Shown piece after piece: positions 1 to 13,400 of a stretch of DNA of 64,000 bases. Positions within the stretch are counted from its first letter, which is position 1, and the number at the start of each line of letters is the position of its first letter. Position numbers and translations under genes: made by a program. The DNA is taken from the NCBI GenBank assembly GCA_951406725.2, contig OX597817.1:6944001-7008000 (forward strand), in the 5' to 3' direction. The stretch comes from Octopus vulgaris (Eukaryota). Below the pieces are notes generated by a model. That model worked only from the letters and a program-made list of their open reading frames with translations, made no database searches and was not told where the DNA came from.

Positions 1-97
1 CCGAAGTTGCAGAAAATCCAAAGCGAACGATACGACAATTAGCAAAACATATCTGTTCACTTCGACCATAAAATACCTTCATATACAAGGAAATGTG

Positions 98-486
98 GAG
101 GCGCAATGGCCCAGTGGTTAGGGCAGCGGCCTCGCGGTCGGAGGATGGCGGTTTCGATTCCCAGACCGGGCGTTATGTGTGTTTATTGAGCGAAAACACC
201 TAAAGCTCCACGAGGCTCCGGCAGGGGGTGGTGGCGACCCCTGTTGTACTCTTTCGCCTCAGCTTTCTCTCACTCCACTCTTACTTCCTGTTTCTGTCGT
301 ACCTGTATTTCAAGGAGCCGGCCTTGTCACTCTCTGTGTCACGCTGAGTATCCCTGAGAACTACGTTAAAGGTGCACGTGTCTGTGGAGTGCTCAGCCAC
401 TTACACGTTAATTTCACTAGCAGGCTGTGCCGTTGATTCGGATCAACCGGAACCCCCATCGTCGTAACCGACGGAGTGCAGATAAG
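98..486 (+). mobile_element. SINE family A (tRNA-derived head), full length
   Basis: A-box TGGCCCAGTGG and B-box GTTTCGATTCC. Perfect 15-bp TSD ATACAAGGAAATGTG at 83-97 and 487-501. Near-identical copy at 34733-35122. Confidence 0.9.
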
Positions 487-940
487 ATACAAGGAAATGT
501 GTCTAAATATGATTAGTTGGCCTGTCAGCTGATCGTTTCTCAGCTTCATCAACGATGTGCCCGTCGCTCAACAAAGGAGACTGGACTTAGTCTCGAAACT
601 TTCTTGGTGGGAATCATAACAAGTGATAATATAAGGGTTATCTATAAAATCTAATAAAATGTCACTGATTACCACCAAATGAAAAAATTTGGCCACATCT
701 CCAAACTAGGCATACATATAAAAATGTTACGTCTTGCTGTCTCCTCCTAAGTTTGAATTCTTTAAATTGGAAGACCGTATTGTTTCTTCATTTTTACAAG
801 CAATGTGAAATTTACGTTACACGTTATTCACTTATCCTTTATCTAATTATGCCTAAACTATAATTATGTCTTTAATCTTAATCCAGCTCATAATCCAACT
901 TGCTATTCGCAAATTTTAATCAATCTCAAATTGTAATATA

Positions 941-1117
941 GGTGCAGGAGTGGCTGTGTGGTAAGTAGCTTGCTTACCAACCATATGGTTTCGGGTTTAG
1001 TCCCACTGTGTGACACCTTGGGCAAGTGTCTTCTACTATAGCCACGGGCCAACCAAAACCTTGTGAGTGGATCTGGTAGACGGAAACTGAAAGAAGCCCG
1101 TCGTATATATGTATATG

Positions 1118-1205
<88 letters not shown>

Positions 1206-1376
1206 TCCCCCCAACATCGCTTGACAACCGATGCTGGTGTGTTTACGGTTGGGCAAAAGAGACCGATAGAATAAGTACTAGGCTTACAAAGAATAAGTCC
1301 TGGGGTTTATTTGCTCGGCTAAAGGCGGTGCTCCAGCATGGCCACTATCAAATGATTGAAACAAGTACAAGAATAA
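941..1376 (+). mobile_element. SINE family B with internal (TA)/(GT)n microsatellite
   Basis: Head GGTGCAGGAGTGGCTGTGTGGTAAGTAGCTTGC and tail ...GAAACAAGTACAAGAAT. At least five further copies in the window. Confidence 0.9.
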
Positions 1377-1850
1377 TCATTATCTACCATTATACTCACA
1401 ATAATTATATCGTTCATCTTATATAGAACATCTGCTATATTTCATCCATATATTTCCACAAATTCTTTAAAAGTAATCCATATCATTGTAAACAGAAAAC
1501 CATTGGGTTTCATAGCTATTGTATATTCCTATTGGTTCCTAATTTACTGGTTTATGAACATGCTTACAAATATATACGTTATTTCCTATTATAAACACCT
1601 AAATAGGTTTTACTTTTTTCTTTTTTTTTTTTCCATTTAAAATATAACGTTCGGATGTTTTATTTTTGTGTATAATTCAGAAAGAATTACCATCATCAAT
1701 CTTTTACGTTGTTGGATTTTTTTTATAGGATCACTGAAATATGTAACTGAAGCATTATTTCATTTGTATGCTTTTATTTTTCTGATATAAATCTACTGTG
1801 GGTTCCCATCTCCATGAAAAAACACACACAAACACACAAACACACACATA

Positions 1851-1859
1851 TTATATATA

Positions 1860-1940
<81 letters not shown>
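1851..1940. repeat. (TA)n-(GA)n microsatellite, representative of many such tracts (e.g. 2252-2305, 3386-3428, 10425-10472, 14430-14499, 37830-38100)
   Basis: Directly visible dinucleotide runs. Confidence 0.95.
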
Positions 1941-2247
1941 CGGGGAGATAGATGATAAATAGATAGGGAGATAGCTAGAGCATACATACATACATACATA
2001 CAAACACACATGTAGTATACGTATAGTAATTCACTATTATAAATATAGGAATATATAGGTGTGGCCGCGTGTGTAAGTGTTCGTGTGCGAATGCCTGTTG
2101 GTATAGAAGAGTTATTTTTTCTCATTTTATGATTACTTTCAATAGAAAATCGAAATACAAAACTCGAGAAACTCTACAAGTAATGATAGCTTTCAGCAAA
2201 TTATATAAACATATACATATATGTATGTACATATATATATATGTATA

Positions 2248-2309
<62 letters not shown>

Positions 2310-2940
2310 CACACACAACGTGGCCGTATATTTGTGTGTGAGTGCGCATGGGTTTGTGTGTACACATGTTTTGCGTGTTTGTACTTTTGCATGAGTGTTT
2401 CTACGTGATCGTACACAATTATCAGATTTCTTATTTACGTGTTCGATACAGCAACTTATCACGTAATAAAGGACTAATAAAATCGCGTTGTGAAAAGCGT
2501 TTTGTGCTAAAATGGCAGGCTTGGTTGATCGATCCATTAGCATTTGCTGAAATGAGTATCAATCAGTAATACCACAACATACTTAAAACACTGGGAAAAT
2601 ATGCTGTTTTAAGGCCACAGACATTGAAACTATAAAAAAAACATTAAATCATACACACACATATATATATATGTATATACATATATATGTGGGGAGGAGG
2701 GAATGTTGCCTTCTTATCTTATGCGTAATCAATTAAATGACTATGCACACATGCGAATACATAGATGTAGCTAAACATATTCGTATATATATTCTGTAAA
2801 GCTGAACGATATCATTATAACATGCATCACAATAAAATCAGATATTAAATTCAGGTGCACATCCATACTTGCATTAACAAACGAACATACTGTGCGTGAG
2901 GGCATGCGTGTGTAATCGCGTGTGTGTGTGTGTATGTGTG

Positions 2941-3216
2941 ATGGCTTAATGCATTAGTGTTGAGGATATTCGTACGGTCTTGAGTTCGATTCCTGGCGGC
3001 ACATTGTGTCTATGAGCAAGACATTTCATTTTCACGTTGGTCCATCCTAGTGGCGAAACGAAGCTATACCTGTAATTCAGTGAGCCATATTCTGTGTCAC
3101 GCGGTGCTACGTTAATGATACACGTGCTCTGCGGATTGATCAACCACTTGCACGTTGAGTTCACTAGCAGGCTGTACCATTGATTAGACCAAATGGAACA
3201 CATGATGTAGTAACCA
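2941..3216 (+). mobile_element. Old diverged SINE sharing the family A 3' tail
   Basis: B-box GAGTTCGATTCC. Tail CCACTTGCACGTTGAGTTCACTAGCAGGCTG matches about 398-428. Confidence 0.7.
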
Positions 3217-3280
3217 GCTATATGACAGTTATACATACATACATACTTACATACATACATACATACGTACGTACGTACGT

Positions 3281-3312
<32 letters not shown>

Positions 3313-3381
3313 GTTTGTGTGTGTGTGTGTATATATACATGTGTGTGTGCATGTTTATGTGTATGTATATGCATATATATA

Positions 3382-3432
<51 letters not shown>

Positions 3433-5576
3433 TTTCTATGTATGTAGCGATATATAGGCAGAGATTACGATTTATTTCAGAACTATCATTTTAATAGGTT
3501 TTGTCACCTCATCAGAAAAGATAGAGATTGCCTTAATATTCGGTAAAGAAGCAGAGCAAGTCGCTGATAGTATCAATATATGCAAAGTTGGTTTTGTTCA
3601 TTCCACGCCTATAAAACACAGGAAATGCTATGACAGAAGTGTTTGCATTCTCATGCATGTATATAAGTGCGCGCGCTTCTGAATATGTTTTGCTATTGAA
3701 ATTTCTTTTATTGTGTATGTAAACCCCCAAAACTTCTTTCTCTCCTATTCTCATTTTCTCCTTTCTTTTGCAACTGCACACACACGTGTGTGCTCTCGCT
3801 ATAAAATAATTCAAAGTGCACTCTATAATTACATGACTGTTATGAATGCATTGGATCTTCACACTGTAATTAGCCGAAACATTACGATTACAACGAGAGA
3901 CTTGGAGACCTATAATGAAGGACAGGCATGAAGACTCATCCATTTCTTTCGTTTTCTATTATATTTTCTATCTTTTTTTTTTTACCATTGCTGGCATTTT
4001 TCTTCATTACTTTGTTCCTCTATATTCTTTTAGCATGTTTTCACTGAACTACGCCTTTAGTGAGTTGATATCCGTGTACATGTATGTCATTTAACTATAA
4101 ATTATGAGATGATATGCGCCACAACGAATAACAGACATGTCGGTCATTATACGTATGTTATAACAGTGGAAGTATTTCATAGAAGCATATCAGCTTTCCT
4201 TTTATAACAATTATCAAGAAACTCAGTTGTATCTTTAGAGACTACTTCTAGCCGACAACTTGATCTAGGTTCTTTTTCGAGATATTTCGATATACATGTG
4301 ATTATATATACGTATTTTTACTTCGATATTCGACAGAGAAACCTATATAATCAGTATGAATTCAAGAGTGATTATTTTGGACTCGTAGCACCAGTATTTG
4401 AACTTGTATGAGTACGAGGCAAATATTTCTGAACATACTGTTATACCTGTCCTCAAATCATTCATTTCCATCCGCAATGGGGCTCGAATCTACATCTCCC
4501 AGAAAGAATCCTGAAAGTCTGTGGTTCTTGCAAAAGAAGGTAACTCAAGGTAACTTTCAGATATTTTTTGAGACGGGTAGTATCTGACTTGTAGGTGTTC
4601 GGACTGATAATTCTAGCAGAAAGTGACTACATATAGACCAATCAATCGATGAATACAAATGTTTAGTCTATAGTAGTGGAGTCGCTATTCATATTGTAAG
4701 TATGACTTTTACCTGAAGTACACAAATTTCCATTCATTTCAGTATTATATACAAATGGCATTTTTGTATTGATTGTTTCGACTATTTGAATGCAGGAAAA
4801 TAAAATTACATTTGTTAATATCTCAGCTGAGTTTTGTGGTAATTATTTACAGTGTACGTATGACGAATTCCCCTGGTAGGGTGCAAACTTCATTTGCTTA
4901 AATCCTGTTACCATCAGCATAAGAAATAAAAAGTATTTCTCTCTTATTCCACTTATGGATATGTAAGATTATAACAATCAAAACTAGTCAGAAATTCAAC
5001 TAATCCTATTTGAAAATAAAATATAATCCCTTCTTTGATTAGTAAGAAAAAATACGAAACAATGTAATTCACTACATGCTTGTTATATTTCGAATGTATG
5101 GTACTGAATTCAAATTATATGAAGTGATTTTGTGCAAATACACTAATTTTCGATAAAAGCCGATTTTGCCCTCGCTATACAGTTAACACTGCACCATCGA
5201 TAAAGGAAGATAATATATATTATTTATTACGGTATAACTCCTTCTGCAGCACAACCTTTAGGTAGTTACTCTAACATTACAAATCTGCTGTTGCTCTGGA
5301 TTTCACCTGCGTCAGTATTAATATTTAAAATCTGCCAAAATAAAATGACTACGTGCAGGTTATAAACTGGGATATCTCTAAAAATACAGCAAAGTGTCGA
5401 GCAGCAGTTCAACAATTTCAACCCAGGAATTTCTCATACGTGTTCTATAATATGTTATTTCCATTTTTTGTTTTCGTCTTGTAAGCTAATAATGTTCATT
5501 GATTATACTATGGAGCAAAATATCAGAGAAGAGATGTCAAATAAATATAATAGCTAGCCCAATTGGATGTAAGTAG

Positions 5577-5985
5577 AACAGAAAAGTTAGCACGCCGAGC
5601 GAAATGCTTAGCGGTATTTCGTCTGCCGTTACGTTCTGAGTTCAAATTCCGCCGAGGTCGACTTTGCCTTTCATCCTTTCTAGGTCGATTAAATAAGTAC
5701 CAGTTACGCACTGGGGTCGATGTAATCGACTTAATCCGTGTGTCTGTCCTTGTTTGTCCCCTCTGTGTTTAGCCCCTTGTGGGTAATAAAGAAACAGGTA
5801 TTTCGTCTGCCGCTACGTTCTAAGTTCAAATTCCGCCGAGGTTGACTTTGCCTTTCATCCTTTCGGGGTCGATTAAATAAGTACCAGCCATGCACTGGCG
5901 TCGATATAATCGACTTAATCCGTTTGCCTGTACTTGTTTGTCTCTTCTGTGTTTAGCCCCTTGTGGGTTGTAAAGAAATAGGTAT
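5577..5985 (+). mobile_element. SINE family C, two tandem ~185-bp body units
   Basis: Unit GTATTTCGTCTGCCG...GAGGTCGACTTTGCCTTTCATCCTTTC...AAAGAAATAG repeated twice. Confidence 0.9.
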
Positions 5986-5989
5986 AACT

Positions 5990-6190
5990 CGTGCCCTGTT
6001 CAGGCTCACAGAAAGGCTATAGAAACAGTACACTCAGTATAATGATGTTTCGTATAAGGAAGATATTGAGGATTAAAGGGAGAGCAGATGAAAGGAAGTG
6101 GGTTCAAAAATGTGAAAAATGTATAAGACTGGATATAAATTCAGAGGTGGAGAGGGGAGTCTTCACAGGAGGAAGCATATGAAGAGAGTG
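5990..6190 (+). pseudogene. Decayed RTE-type LINE 3' end
   Basis: ILRIKGRADERKWVQKC...EVERG loosely resembles the RTE ORF2 C-terminus. Confidence 0.35.
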
Positions 6191-6339
6191 AAGAAGCAAA
6201 GAGAAAGGGTGTGAGAACGAAATGGAGGAAGCAAACATTGATGTAATAAAAGTAAAAAGAGAAGGTAAAAAAAATGTAGAAATCATACATAAAGTAATAA
6301 ACATAAAAGTTACATATCAAACAAGGATATACTGCATTT

Positions 6340-6790
6340 TTAAGCGCTGTCGAAGTTGCATTACCAGAATAAGTCCATGTTCTCAGTGACGCGAATGATG
6401 GAGTTTTACGGGTGGAACTTGGCAAGATATGTACACGGTGCAAACTCTCTAACAAAGATTGGTTGAACTGATTCAGCTACATTTAAATTAATTCGACTCA
6501 ATGTCATTTTGTCGTATTTCCTCTAAAGCAATTTTTACATTGATCAAACAAGCGTAAGATCCATCCTCAGCTACGTTCCATTTTATATGTAGGAATAACA
6601 TATCGAGAAGAAAACACAGTATCCTATGTCTCCTTTGTAAAGATAGCATAGAGCAGGAGTTCTCAAACAATTTTTATCAATAGACCCTTTGATTGCTATT
6701 TCATTCTGGTATAATCCCATAGCCATTCGATCTTTAAATTCTAGTTTTATAGACATTTCTTTCCTATTTTGCTTTCCGCGCATTAACTTG
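6340..6790 (-). pseudogene. Possible hAT-like transposase remnant
   Basis: Broken frames MRGKQN... and IKW...VKIALEEI resemble hAT/ZMYM-type transposase segments. Confidence 0.3.
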
Positions 6791-6869
6791 TGTAGCTTGA
6801 ATTATGTAAAATGTTAGATGAAGAAACCTAGCAATGCATACCAATACATATATCTAAAACAAAATTTTT

Positions 6870-6984
6870 TCAGGGGCCCTTAAAATACTATTGTGGATCC
6901 TCACCTTATTATTTTATTGCATGGACCCACAAAATCTTATATGGACCCTTAGTGGCCATACGGACCTAGGATGAGAACTACTGG
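6870..6984 (+). mobile_element. hAT (Charlie-like) non-autonomous element end
   Basis: Repeated TGGACC subterminal motifs ending GATGAGAACTACTG, similar to GGTTGAGAACCACTG hAT termini. Confidence 0.5.
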
Positions 6985-7269
6985 CATAGGAGAATTATCG
7001 AGTTCAGATTGTTTCCTCTTCCTCCGCACAGATCAGGTGCCCTCGTCCTTGCAGTTGTTACATTCAGTTTCATGACCGCTTCGGTTGAAGACCTCTGAAC
7101 GAAGTTGTTCCTGACGCGATCGTACAGACTTCTTTTCCCACAAAACGATAAATCTACGTTGTCAGTATTTATATTTGCAGATTTATGTTAGTACTGGTGT
7201 TAAGAGTGATGCTGTTGTGGATTAAAGTGATGGATTAGCGTGTTGCTAAGGTGTTGATTAAGAAAAAAT

Positions 7270-7929
7270 GGAAACGGTGGTGGTAGCGGCGACGGCGACG
7301 GTGTCGATGACGGCGGTGGTGGCGGTAGTGGTGGTGGTGGTGGCGGCGGCGGCACTGGCGATGGTAACGGTGGCGGCTGCAGTGTTATTGGCGGCGGTGG
7401 TGATGGTGGTGGTGGTGGTGGTGGTGGTGATGATGGTGACAGCCGTGGTGGCGGTAGTGGAGGTGGTGGTGGTGATAAGTGGGTTGCTAATAGGTGTGCT
7501 TGTTGACTGCGATGGTGATGCTCCTTACTGCCGGTAATGATGGGGAGGTTATTTGCGCCATAAATTTCCTTAGCGAAGGTATTAATGATGAAATTGATAC
7601 TGATAATAATGGTGAGGATGATGAAAGAGAGGGGGAGAAGATTGATAAGAATGACGTCGATGATGAAGGTGGAAATGGTGGTGGTGGTTGTAGTGGTGGT
7701 GGTGGTGGTGGTGGTGGTGGTGGTGGTGGTGGTGGTGGTGGTGGTGGTGGTGGTGGTGGTGGTGTTGGTGGTGGTTATGGTGATGGTTGTGGTGGTGATG
7801 GTGGCGGTGATGGTGGTGGTGGTGGTGGTGGTGGTGGTGGTGGCGGTGGTGGTGGTGGTGGTGGTGGTGGTGGTGGTGTTGGTGGTGGCGGTGGTGGTTA
7901 TGGTGATGGTGTTGGTGGTGGTGGTTGTG

Positions 7930-7961
<32 letters not shown>

Positions 7962-8010
7962 GGTGGTGGTGGTTGTGTTGGTGGTGGTTGTGGTGTTGGT
8001 TGTAGTAGTG
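7270..8010. repeat. Compound (GGT)n/(GAT)n/(GTT)n trinucleotide tract
   Basis: Visible. It generates the poly-G/V/T/P ORFs in the track. Confidence 0.95.
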
Positions 8011-8090
8011 AAAGTACCTGTGCTATTAGTAGTAGCATGGCTTGACTGGTAGTTATAATGACAGTGATAGCGCTTTTCTTCTTGAGTTGC

Positions 8091-8127
<37 letters not shown>

Positions 8128-8169
8128 TGCCAATACATGTATATCGTTATATACATGATTTATGTATAC

Positions 8170-10080
8170 ATATATAATTCTTAATCTTGGGTTTTGGCTA
8201 AGTATTTGTAAGCATTATTTTCATGATTCCAAAGACACCTATGCAACATCTCTGTTTTGAATTCTCAGTCTGATAATCTTTATTTCTAGCTTTCTGTGCA
8301 TATATATTTAGCTAATTTATCTAATTCTTTTAGAAACAAGCTATTTTATGTTGAAACTAATACTTCAAATAGGTGACTTTACAACATGTTCTTGCTAGAT
8401 TCTGAAAGTAGAGTGTCTTTAATCTTACACTGTAATCAAAGATCCTTCATTCTTTTCTTTATCTCTGTAATATTCTTTCAACGAAGCAGGCTATCGCTAC
8501 GTGGATCTTAGTATTTTTTCTTTGGGTAATCTAGGAGATAAAATAGTTTTACCTTCAGCGGACTAGTCATGTGTTATTTTCAGTACTTACAATGGGTTAC
8601 TAAAAATCTGATATTACTTTGTTTGCTTGTCAAATATTTCAATTAGAAATTTATTTGTTTTACTCTTTCACGGTACTTTCCTTTTATTATTTCTTTCTTT
8701 TTTCGTCGATACAGCTTCTTCAGGTGATGTGGCGCCCGACGATTATCCACTTAGTGCAGTTGTTGCTTCGTATGATTTCGTATCTACAGACAATACTTTC
8801 ACCATACTTCCTGAATTTCGTTTTCTGGTAATGTTGCATATATTTTGGTTGATTATTATAATCTTTTTTCGTTTTGTTTTTTAACTTTTTCACTTCTTGA
8901 TAAATTCTTATTGGAACGGAGTTTAGCAGCTTTCTTTTCCGTTTTCAAATACTTGTAGTCAATTTTTACACAGACAGATTTACTGAAATCCACTGCGGAT
9001 TATTGTCCTAAACATTCATTGGTTTCGGTTACTTCTTTTCTCCGTTTTTTTTATGTTACATTTCAGTAGTTTTTATTCATAACGTATCTTTTCTTCCGAC
9101 TGTATTTCATTGATTTAATTAAAGATTTTACGATTCTCTATGAGTAAATCCTAGGGAGCAACCATGTTCCTTCATAACGACTGTAGCAATTGAATGTTAA
9201 ATTTTGTTACTTCTTGGTATTATTGACGTTCCTGTAGGATTTTCACTGTCTGCGATGATTGTCACTGCACTTTTTATAGTTGTAGTTATTTTATCATTAA
9301 ATTTCTACATAGAGGTTATCTTCTACGTTTTTCACTTCATTTCAAATCTCTAATTATAATCATGTATAGAGTTTTGTCACAAGCATCATTTTCATCATTA
9401 GAATTCTCCATTTGTAAATTGCTGTCAAACACTTTTATTCTTGATTTTATATTTGTTGTTCCAGTTTGAGATTTTTTAGTCAGTAGTCTGAGCTTTGTTT
9501 TAGCGCTTCTTTTTTTAATGTATTTCATTTCATTTGTTTTTTAAGTGTTATGTTATCATCACCATTCAAGTTGTTAGCAGGTTATTCTCATTTTTACTTC
9601 TTTTTGTTCCCTTTTTTTTACATTTTTGCTATGCACTCTTACCTTTAAGTATTCTGTTTCTAATTGTGGAGATGTTTCGGTTTTGAGAATGTTTCTTCTT
9701 AAATTACCTGGTGTATGTTGATCCAAAGGTTATCTAAATATTATACGAGAATATTCATGTAGGTTTGATTCTCATCGTATTTTTCTCTGTTTAAGTCTTC
9801 AGTTTTGTTACCAACAATTGGCGCTAACATCTGGACAGTTATATACTTTGTCACGTGTAGATTATTTGCATCTTCCGATGTCGCATTTAGTCCAGTCTGA
9901 AATTTATTTCTAACGTTCACACAACATATTCGTATACGTGTTTCTCTTATAAACCTCAACTGAGTCGCAAGGTTAAATTCGTATAGATTATCCATTTAGC
10001 TGAAGGAAGGCTTAATTCGGTCTACCGTTGATGTTAGTTTGACTCAATGTGTTTTTACAAGTAGTTAGCAATAACCATCC
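8170..10080 (-). pseudogene. Decayed Gypsy-type pol 3' region (integrase C-terminus)
   Basis: Minus strand gives STVDRIKPSF near 10000-10035 (cf. VSIDRLKPAF) and ILRST*R*PASLKEYY near 8470-8515 (cf. RRSTRxRxPPxxLxDY). Many stops between. Confidence 0.45.
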
Positions 10081-10306
10081 ACTATGTATGTTTGAGGTTC
10101 TTCAATTCATATATAAAAAAGTTCTACAATACAAATACTTTGATAAATTATATTGCGTCACTTAACTTCAACGTTTCCGTTTTTGGTCTCTGTGGGCGTG
10201 TCCGTGTGTGTGTAAACGCATACCTACATGCATATAAATATATATACATATATGTTTATTTATATGTATGTGTGTCTGTGCATATTGATATCTATATATC
10301 TATATA

Positions 10307-10342
<36 letters not shown>

Positions 10343-10387
10343 AAGAAATTTAAATTAATTTACTCTGCTATGTATTGAGTACCTTAT

Positions 10388-10420
10388 TTACTGTGGTTAA
10401 CCCCGACTCAACCCGGGACC

Positions 10421-10478
<58 letters not shown>

Positions 10479-13400
10479 CATTGGAACCCTAGTAATCCGT
10501 GTAATCTGTTACAGCACTTATCTAGCGTACCTAATCGTTTAGATCACCTGTGGATTTAATCCCCATATTTTGTGTTGCATATAAATATACGTCTTTCGTG
10601 TGTTTCCAGGAGCATCTAAGACGACCCCCACCAGTGTTATTGACCACATATGTAAGAATTTGCCAGTATACCTCATTTTGATCCTTACCAGAATTGATTC
10701 CTTTCCATTGACAACTGCCTGCTAACTTTTCATGTTGTATGATGTTTCCCTGATTAGCTCGTGTGCTAATCTGTGTTTAAGATCTCTGACAGGAGCTGGA
10801 AGACCATAGACTTGAAGTTTGTTTCCACCCAGTGATTTAATCTTGTCGTCTATTAATCTTAATGCCTCATTGAAGATGTCATCATTCAACGTGACATCAC
10901 CATCTCATTGATATTGAATTCTTTGAAGAATGTCTTCAGAAAGCCTCTCCTTGTTTTGTACCAAAGTTGATCTGGATTTGACAATCCACAGTTCACCAGC
11001 ATGATGGAGAAGAGGTTTCTCAGCTGCATAGGAGACTTGCATATTTGTGCCTCTGTCAGAATGGCATCCCAGTCTACATCATCTTCCAGAAGACCTCTGA
11101 GATGGTAAGCCTGGCGATATGTTTGACATACTGTGTTTTCAACCATACATAAAACTGTAAATGATGTGGGTCCCTTGACATGGTGTAATAGAAGCCTTAA
11201 CTAATACACTATGGGTTGTTTTTTGAGAAATGTTCCCCACTCGGGGGTGTTTCGGAACAAGTCGTCCATATTTGTTTTATTTTCTCCGTTTTCTGCGCTT
11301 GTGCATCCGTAGATTTATAACACACACATACACACACACGCACGCTGCGCGCGCGCATACCGTTAAGGTTACTGTTGATATTATTACCCGAAAACGAAAT
11401 CGAAAAAATAATGCAACGGGTGTAAAAAAAACAAGGTTTAGAAAAGGAATTTGACAACAAAAATGTGCGGAGAGCAAGGGGGGAGACGCCTTTGGAAGAT
11501 TCACAAGATCCGATGTTTTTCCTTCATAACTTTTACGGAAATAGTTTCTTTTTTAAATTAAATTTTAAATAAATACCTTTCAAAGTGTATAGATTACAAT
11601 TATAAAGTAATTTGTGGGGAATATCGTTTCGAGGAGTGGGGAGAGGAAAATTCACTAGATCCGTTGATTTTCCCTCGTACGTTTGAGGAAAATGGATATC
11701 TTTCTACTTCACACCTACGAAGGAAACGAATCTGAAAATAAAAATGCGCGGAAAGCAACGGGTTGAGACTTTTTCGAATTTCACAAGATTCACAAGATTC
11801 GAGTTTTTCCTTCGAAACTTCGAGGAAAATGTAATCCTTTTGAAATTACAAATATGGCTTTTCCTCAGGCACTTGGATGCTAAACATCTCTTTGAATGGT
11901 TCGGGTCCTTACTTATACTGTATACATATGTATATATATATATATATAGGGAGAGAGAGAGAGAGAAAGATAGACAGATAGATAGATAGACACACACACA
12001 TACACACATATATAGATATATATGAAACCACTCACGCCCTCCATTTGACCCATGACATTGCTATGCCATTGGAAGTTCAGCTACACAAAGTATATTACAA
12101 GAAAGATGTGTGTCTCTCTCCTCCCTCTCCCTCTCTCTACACAAAATTGAAACGTATTAGTTTACCCGATTAAAATTTCGGCAAGAAAAGTTGCTAAAAG
12201 AAAGTGAAAACATTGGATGCCATTTGAAAACTAATGATTTTTAAGAGGTTTGTAACATATATTTTGTCTTAATATAATACTTTGTTCCATACACACACAA
12301 ACACCAACGTGTTTTTTCTAAGGATTTTGTATCATTCTTTCTCTCACGTGTATCATTCTTTCTCTCTCCTTTCTAGACTTAGTTACCAGTAATTTTTATA
12401 AATGTGCACTTGTAAAAACTTACAGAAATTTTAAAGAAAGGAACATCCCCCATTTTCCGGACTACAAAGTGTTTTGTATCATATTAGGTCAGCATAATTC
12501 ATTCATCGAAAAAAGAAAAATATTTTCCAATAATTCCATTGTCCTTACCCCCGGACTTTTTCTAAAGAAAAAAAGCGGTTTGCGGCACATTAGGCTGCGT
12601 AATTCCCGCCGTTCAAAAGATATTTCTATGCAATATCATTAAAAGATATTCATTTTCCTCAAAGTTAGAAGGGAAAACTTCGGATATTGTGAATTTTCTG
12701 AAGCCCTCTTCCCATTCCCTTGGAAAACGTTTTCCACAAATTTCTTTATAATCGTAATCTGTACCGTTTGGAAGGTATTTATATAAAATTTCACTAAAAA
12801 CCAAAACCCAGTTTCCTAAAAGGCATGAGGGAAAATATTGGATCTTGTGAATTTTCCGAAGCCCCATTACTCTCCACACATTTTTGTTTTCAAATTCGTT
12901 TTCTACACCTCTGTTTTACACTCGTTGCACTAATGTTTTTTCGATTTGGTTTCCGGGTAATAATGTCAACATTAACCAATGCGTTACACTTCTATATTTA
13001 ACTGTGCGTGGTTTCTTCTGCCTTTCTATTATAAACGTTTATCTGGGAATTTATTTAAAGTGAACAAAGAATTCGTATGCAACAGATAAGTCGTCTTAAT
13101 AATATATCTCTGTGTACCAGACCTTTAGCTGTTACTTTTAGCATAACGAGTTTTCTGGTGAGGGTTTCATTTGCCTTCATTGCCTGTTTGTTGCTTCAGT
13201 AGAAATCTACGGATGCACAAACGCACAAAACGGAGAAAATGAAACAAATATGGAGGTCTTGTTCCGAAACACCCCCGAGTGAGTAACACTTCTCAAAAAT
13301 AACTCCCAATTGTTTTCCCCAAAAAATTCCTATGTCCTCGGAATCTACATTGTCCGAGGTATATTTGCCTTCATTGCAACTAACAGGCAATGAAGGCAAA

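Noticed and set aside
98-175. tRNA gene
   Set aside because: A and B boxes are present but continue into a SINE body with a TSD, and there is no convincing cloverleaf.
3470-3520. Minus-strand CTGATGAGG hammerhead core
   Set aside because: No GAAA after the stem, and stems I and III do not pair in register.
7020-7075. CNNC...GH zinc-knuckle-like string on the minus strand
   Set aside because: Needs a frameshift and has no supporting context.
7200-8156. 318-aa Thr/Pro-rich ORF and overlapping poly-Gly/poly-Val ORFs
   Set aside because: Stop-free by construction from (GGT)n repeats. The ORF also runs through a (CA)n tract.
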